A DNA stretch of 32,127 nucleotides from a bacterium. Its GTDB lineage: Bacteria; SZUA-182; DTGQ01. Shown here piece by piece: positions 27,089-32,127 of the stretch (its first letter is position 1; each line of letters begins with the position of its first letter). The stretch lies in assembly GCA_040752695.1 (NCBI GenBank), contig JBFMGO010000071.1, positions 1-32,127 on the forward strand. Reading direction: 5' to 3'. The notes beneath the pieces are model-generated. The model was not told where the DNA came from. It did not search any database and saw only the letters and a list, made by a program, of their open reading frames with translations. A program made the position numbers and the translations under genes.

Positions 27089-27234
27089 GTTTATCTCCTC
27101 CTGCTTTCCTCAAAACCTCATCGATACACCCGTTTTTCTTCATCCGAAAGGAAAAATCCTTCCATCCGGCACGTCAAATAATGCCTGCCGTCATATGACA
27201 GGCTCTTCGCTCATCCGCCGCAAATCACAAAGGG

Positions 27235-27765
27235 TTATGATATGTTCTGCGGCTTTGGATGGAGCCTGAAAAAGGCATCAACAGCATACCAGACAAGAAC
27301 ATAGCCCGGCACCTGAGAGATTCCCAACCCATGCCGGATAATTTGCCGTATTCCAATCGCTCCCATCGTTAGCGGGATGATAAGCTTCAAGTTCACTTTC
27401 CCGCCGGTTAACTGAAAAATACGGTTATCCAGGTCACTGATAACCCTGCTCATCTGGGCAGCGGCTGTGCATTGGCCGGTATCCAAAAGGCTCCATTCTC
27501 CACCAGACATAACATCGCGCAGAATTACACCCATATCATGGAGTAAGGTGATAAGACTGTCATATGAATGTGTGTCTGTATCGTATCGAATGGTAATACT
27601 TCCCGTTGTATGATTCGCATCGACCCTGTGGATACCCGGCCGGTCAGTCAGATATGTTTTGACGCGCTGCAAAAACTCTGGATGTCTTCCTGGATGATAC
27701 ATACGCAGGCGCAACCTTCCTGGCGTACTGCTGGCAATTCGGACCTCACCCTTCATATCTCCCAT
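27235..27765 (-). CDS. HMA2-domain membrane protein (FezC-like)
   Basis: STPGRLRLR, NHTTGSITIRYD, no CxxC, C-terminal hydrophobic GAIGIRQ...PGYVLVWYA. Start moved to ATG 27765 after GGGAGAG. Confidence 0.72.
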   Translation of the reverse strand: MGDMKGEVRIASSTPGRLRLRMYHPGRHPEFLQRVKTYLTDRPGIHRVDANHTTGSITIRYDTDTHSYDSLITLLHDMGVILRDVMSGGEWSLLDTGQCTAAAQMSRVISDLDNRIFQLTGGKVNLKLIIPLTMGAIGIRQIIRHGLGISQVPGYVLVWYAVDAFFRLHPKPQNIS

Positions 27766-27948
27766 ATTCTCTCCCTTTTTGTGATCATCTGCCGCCTCCC
27801 TTCGAAACATACATCCCCATAGAGAGGGGGGAAGGGCCGTTATCAGGCAACTTGAGCCGCATCCCTCGGATATCACGGTCTTTATTCAGCAAATGGGATC
27901 TTCCTCGTGCCCTGAAGATATGATGTCACGTGGGGTGAGTGGCGGTCG

Positions 27949-28254
27949 CTATCCTTGCACCGGGTTTTCAACTGGAGCGGACGAGGCGCTCACTGCCTGC
28001 TCAGCAGCCTTGGCAAGTGAGGCTGCGCTCTCGGCCTTGACTTCGGCGACCAGATCACTTACCTGTTCGCTGATCTCAGCAGTCACCTCTTTTACCCTGT
28101 CTCCAACAGCAAGCCCTCCTTTGACTATCGACTTGGCTACAGGGCGAACCAGATTGCCCATCACCGGTAAAACGAGAGGCGCAGCTAAAGCGATACCAAC
28201 GCCAAGTAAAATACCCGGCCCCAGTCCTTCAACCATACCTTCTAATAAGGCCAT
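27949..28254 (-). CDS. DUF5132-like small glycine-zipper membrane protein
   Basis: GMVEGLGPGILLGVG (repeated GxxxG), LAAPLVLP...RPVAKSIVKGG...SDLVAEVKAE; AGGAGG SD. Confidence 0.78.
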   Translation of the reverse strand: MALLEGMVEGLGPGILLGVGIALAAPLVLPVMGNLVRPVAKSIVKGGLAVGDRVKEVTAEISEQVSDLVAEVKAESAASLAKAAEQAVSASSAPVENPVQG

Positions 28255-28528
28255 GATCCATACCTCCTGATTGAAATAGGTTATTTATACATCGAATGAT
28301 CCGGGATGTCATTTTCACCCTTTCTTTCTCTTTTCACTCTTTCAGCCCCGCTCACCCTGTACCTCCTTTCCAGGCCAGCAGGTATTGGTGAAACAAGTGC
28401 CTATCCCTCAAGATCATTCATCTAAATATTTATCTGTATACGGTATCGGCAATTTTTTATTTTTAAATGATCCAATATTTTCTTAATCTTTTATTTTTTT
28501 AAAATATTCCCCTGCGTGCCTCCAGAAT

Positions 28529-29584
28529 CTATGGCCCGATTATCTGAATTTGCTCCGGCCCTGCGGTTACTTCACCAATGATGGCAGCAGGCAGTCCCTG
28601 ACGCGTCGTAGAGAGGATTTTCAAAAAATCCCTGGCTGAATCCGGTGGAAGACTCATCAAAAGGCCGCCAGAGGTCTGCGGGTCCACGAGTACATCCTGC
28701 AACTCCTGAGCAATGGATTCAAAACCGGCCAGATATTTCTGGACATACTCCCTGTTGCGATAGGCACCTTCTGGAATCAATCCCATCCGGGCATAATCAA
28801 GGGCTCCATCCAGCAAGGGGATATTTTGGCTATGGATACGAACGGCACAGCCCGAACCATCAACCATCTCCCTGATGTGTCCCAAAAGCCCAAAGCCGGT
28901 AATGTCCGTACATGCATGGACCTCATAAGACTCCATGAACCGGGAGGGGACTTTATTCAGGCTGCTCATGCACCGCACCATAGCCCGGATATGCTCGCCC
29001 TCAGCCATCTCTGCCTTTAATGCCGTAGCCACGATTCCCGTGCCGACGGGTTTCGTCAGCAGAAGACTGTCCCCCGGCCTTAAGGTATTGTTTCTCATAA
29101 TTTTTTGAGGGTGAATGAGCCCGGATACGGCCATGCCGTATTTGATCTGTTCATCCTCGATACTGTGGCCGCCGATCAGGGGGATCTCGGCTTCGGCCAA
29201 AGCTGCCATTCCTCCTTGCAGTATCTTTTCCAGAATCCCGATTTCCATGCAGCGGACGGGAAAAGCCACGATGTTCAGGGCACAAATCGGGGTGCCCCCC
29301 ATGGCGTATACGTCGCTCAGTGAATTGGCTGCTGCAACTTTTCCGAAATCGTAGGGATCGTCTACAATAGGAGTAAAAAAATCTACGGTTTGAATTAAAG
29401 CCGTATCCTCCGAGATTTGATACACTCCTGCATCCTCAGCGTGACCGAACCCGGCCAGCACCCTCGGGTGCTCCGCCTGCGGCAGATGAGCCAGGAGAGC
29501 TTGCAGGTCACCCGGACCCAATTTGGAAGCTCAGCCAGCAGATTTGACCCCTTGAGTCAGTCTGATTTTATCCTCTTTGCTCAT
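28529..29584 (-). CDS. selD: Selenide, water dikinase SelD, selenocysteine form (UGA at codon 18)
   Basis: Upstream in-frame extension MSKEDKIRLTQGVKSAG-U-ASKLGPGDL; EDAGVY, QTVDFFTPIVDDPYDFG, TDITGFGLLGH, DPQTSGGLL. Confidence 0.95.
29497..29533 (-). promoter_or_regulatory. Putative bacterial SECIS hairpin following the selD UGA
   Basis: UGAGCUU-CCAAAUU-GGGUC-CGGGU-GACCU-GC-AAGCUC: apical stem starts ~12 nt after UGA with a G-rich loop, plus basal GAGCUU/AAGCUC pairing. Confidence 0.7.
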
Positions 29585-29813
29585 GCTCTTTCAATCACCT
29601 CTTTTCCAGTGTTCAGGAGTCAAAAATTCCAGAAATCAGGGAAAAAACCAGGGAAGGAATAGAAGAGTAAGCATCCCCCCTTAAGCCTGCCTTTTTCTAT
29701 TCTCCAGAAAAAAAATGGGCTGAGATCAGATTGCCCCTTCTGATCGACCTCCCTGGAAAAATTCATTTTCTCATCGCCATGATCGTGAAATAGGCTTTCT
29801 TTGCTCATATCGG

Positions 29814-30641
29814 TCACGTCTTGATTCGCTCCTGGCCTGCATAAATATTCATCCCGCCGGGGCGCAAAAATCCGATCAGCGTCATCCCGACTTTTTTGCT
29901 TAAACTCACAGCCAAAGAAGTGGGAGCAGAGACGGAAGCGACAACGGGGATGCGGCTCTTTGCCGCTTTGCGAATCAGGGTGCAGTTGGTTCTGCCGCTT
30001 AGGAATAAGATCTTGTCAGAAAGATCCTCACCGCAAAGCAAAGCATGCCCGATGGCTTTATCCAGGGCATTATGCCGTGCCATATCCTCGAAGCAGAACA
30101 AGTAATTCCCCTCGCGGTCGAAGATACAAGCTGCATGCGTTGCACCGGTGAGAGCAAAAAGCGCCTGTCTGTGCCTGGACTGGTTCTCGATGTTTTGCAG
30201 CGTCAAGAGGGATATATGAAGCTGAGATTCAATCCTGCCGCTGAGAGAGGGAAAAATCCGGGTTACTGTTTCTTCTTCGTCCTCTGCGACTTCCACTGCC
30301 GGATTTTCCGCTGAGTCGGCAAAGGGCATCAAGGACATCACAGGTCGGGAGAGGCATGAGCAGTCGAGGAGCAGGCCAATGCAGTTTTTTTTTGGCTCTT
30401 CCCATTGCAAGCCGCCCTCTTTCCACGAATCAGATAAGATTCCTTCGGTAAAACAAAAGCCTAAAGCCAGCTCTTTTTCCTGTCCGGGAGTGCGCATCAG
30501 GGTTGCACATGGCGATCCATTGATCCTGATCAGCAGGGGAACTTCCCGAATGACCTCATCCTGAACCGCGATCCATGTATCTTTCTTAACCTTGATGATT
30601 ACAGCCGAGGTATGATCCTTCACCTGGCCCATTCCCTTCAT
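29814..30641 (-). CDS. fdhD: Formate dehydrogenase accessory sulfurtransferase FdhD
   Basis: EVPLLI, LMRTPGQEKELALGFCFTEG, TGATHAA, EDMARHNALDKAIG, SGR, SAPTSLAV, TLIGFLR. Confidence 0.92.
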   Translation of the reverse strand: MKGMGQVKDHTSAVIIKVKKDTWIAVQDEVIREVPLLIRINGSPCATLMRTPGQEKELALGFCFTEGILSDSWKEGGLQWEEPKKNCIGLLLDCSCLSRPVMSLMPFADSAENPAVEVAEDEEETVTRIFPSLSGRIESQLHISLLTLQNIENQSRHRQALFALTGATHAACIFDREGNYLFCFEDMARHNALDKAIGHALLCGEDLSDKILFLSGRTNCTLIRKAAKSRIPVVASVSAPTSLAVSLSKKVGMTLIGFLRPGGMNIYAGQERIKT

Positions 30642-31024
30642 TTACCTTTGGCCCGATCAGCCGGTTCAGACATTCCACTGCCAGATTCGACATCCTCACT
30701 CATGTCTTCTTTCAGAATCTGGCGCTTCCATTTCATAATCTGGAATGTTACTCCGGCCACAACCACAAAGATAATGGCGCCGGAATAAAACCACGCCTTG
30801 CTGCCTGCGTAGAGTCTGGCTAAAAACAACAGGGAGAGAACGAAAAGAACACTTCCCATGACCAATAAGAAAACGAGACAAAAAATCAGGCCTCCTTTTC
30901 CTCTTATCGAACCCTGACGCTGGCCATACCTGATACGTAAAAAAATATCGTAAGAGCCGAACAACAGTACCAGGCCCAAGATATACAAACCAAAGGAATC
31001 AAAAATAATGTCAGATCCAGACAT
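30638..31024 (-). CDS. Hypothetical membrane protein (~3 TM)
   Basis: Three hydrophobic segments, AAGGAAAGG upstream, 4-bp overlap with the fdhD start. Confidence 0.7.
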   Translation of the reverse strand: MSGSDIIFDSFGLYILGLVLLFGSYDIFLRIRYGQRQGSIRGKGGLIFCLVFLLVMGSVLFVLSLLFLARLYAGSKAWFYSGAIIFVVVAGVTFQIMKWKRQILKEDMSEDVESGSGMSEPADRAKGK

Positions 31025-31159
31025 GCCTTTTCCTTATCGTGTTTTCCTTGCTTTTTTTGTTTCGCTTAACAATTCTTTAACACTTTTCTTTACATAATTA
31101 AACAATATCACTTTCAGCTATCTTTCGCAAGGGAGGAAAATGAGGAGTTCTCTTATTCT

Positions 31160-31846
31160 CTACTGCGCTATGATAAATGAGCCAGTATAACCCATGTTTT
31201 CAAACTCTTGTAGAGTTTTTTGGGCCATAGAGATATGGTCGAAAGGACCGATCCAGACCCGGTAGAGCTCCGCAGAGCCTGGCCTCTGGAAGACTACCAG
31301 ATGAGTCGGATAATAGGCGGAAAAGTGCTGCAAAAGACCATCTGCATTGGACCGATAGCTGAAGGCTCCGATCTGTATGAAGAAGCCGCCTTCGGGTCCC
31401 TGAATCTCAGGCAATTGGACAATCTCAATCTGTACCGGAGCTAGACCGTCATCTGCCATGTCCAGAGCACAGGCCGCACCATACGATAGATCAAGGATTC
31501 TGCCTTTCACAAATGGCCCCCGATCATTGACCTTGACCACGAGCGACTTTCGATTCTTCAGATTCGTTACCCGTGCATAGCAGCCCAACGGCCAATACCG
31601 GTGAGCAGCCGTACTCTTATACATATCGTAGACCTCACCGTTTGCAGTCTTTTTGCCATGAAAATCCGCTCCGTACCAGGAGGCGATCCCCTCCTCCATG
31701 TGATGAAGGGGAAAGTCACGACCCTTTCTGGGACCTCGCGGATAGACAGTGTGTCTTGCGGCACAGGCCAGACAGGCAGTATAAAGCAGCATAAGAAAAA
31801 TATATCGGATAGTGGTGCGAAATAAGTGCATAATTAATTTTGCCAT
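31160..31846 (-). CDS. rlpA: Septal ring lytic transglycosylase RlpA with SPOR domain
   Basis: GIASWYG..FHGKKTANGE, VKVNDRGPF, ILDLSYGAA, SPOR motifs IQIGAFS and YRVWIGPF, lipobox-like CLAC. Start probably 31846 or 31831. Confidence 0.93.
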   Translation of the reverse strand: MAKLIMHLFRTTIRYIFLMLLYTACLACAARHTVYPRGPRKGRDFPLHHMEEGIASWYGADFHGKKTANGEVYDMYKSTAAHRYWPLGCYARVTNLKNRKSLVVKVNDRGPFVKGRILDLSYGAACALDMADDGLAPVQIEIVQLPEIQGPEGGFFIQIGAFSYRSNADGLLQHFSAYYPTHLVVFQRPGSAELYRVWIGPFDHISMAQKTLQEFENMGYTGSFIIAQ

Positions 31847-32127
31847 TTTTGGTATTTTAAAATCAAGAGGGAAATGCTTAAAAAGGCACCACAGGCAAAT
31901 GCTTAAAAAGGAAGAGAAGGGCCCCTGGCTGCAGATAAACCAGGGGCCTCTACCGACACGTCGCCTTGTCGGTTGGGGTGAAGGGTCAATATCTACCAAT
32001 TCAGCTTGCGAGAACCTCCCGTTCTCCCGTGCCGAAATGGGGTCTTGATTGCTGGGGTACTGATATGGCCTCGCCTGGGGCTAAAGACTTTTATCTATAC
32101 ATAAGGCTGAAAGTCTTCCAATTCTTT

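Noticed and set aside
28411..28505. Possible Fur box upstream of the DUF5132-HMA2 pair
   Set aside because: AT-rich, but no convincing 7-1-7 inverted repeat.
29620..29817. 65-aa ORF between fdhD and selD
   Set aside because: Overlaps the fdhD stop but has low-complexity composition and no recognisable motif.

Overview
A chromosomal window from a diderm bacterium with deltaproteobacteria-like gene content. No rRNA, tRNA, CRISPR array or transposase was seen. Left part (1-6450, minus strand): a probable nickel-acquisition locus encoding DUF3842, CooT, a TonB-dependent receptor, a DUF4198/NikK-like protein, a NikL/CbiL-like protein and a second TonB-dependent receptor cut by the window edge. 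Its leaders hold two repeated structured elements that I could not assign to a known family. The first is three terminator-like hairpins whose 5' arms share an invariant GCCAUGAAGGC mini-hairpin. The second is a ~90-nt two-hairpin element present twice with a 42-nt identical core. Together they are the best candidate for an undescribed regulatory system. Middle: pilB-pilT-pilC-pilS-pilR with no following pilA, then a methyltransferase, an SH3 protein, mprF, an M23 peptidase, gatB-gatA without gatC, and hup. Right: an SH3 protein, an outer-membrane beta-barrel, a DUF6794-like protein, an HMA2/DUF5132 pair resembling ferrosome accessory genes but with no P1B-ATPase, selD with an in-frame UGA (Sec18) and a SECIS-like hairpin, fdhD lacking CGxCG, a membrane protein and rlpA. 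All family calls come from motif recognition by eye, not from database searches.
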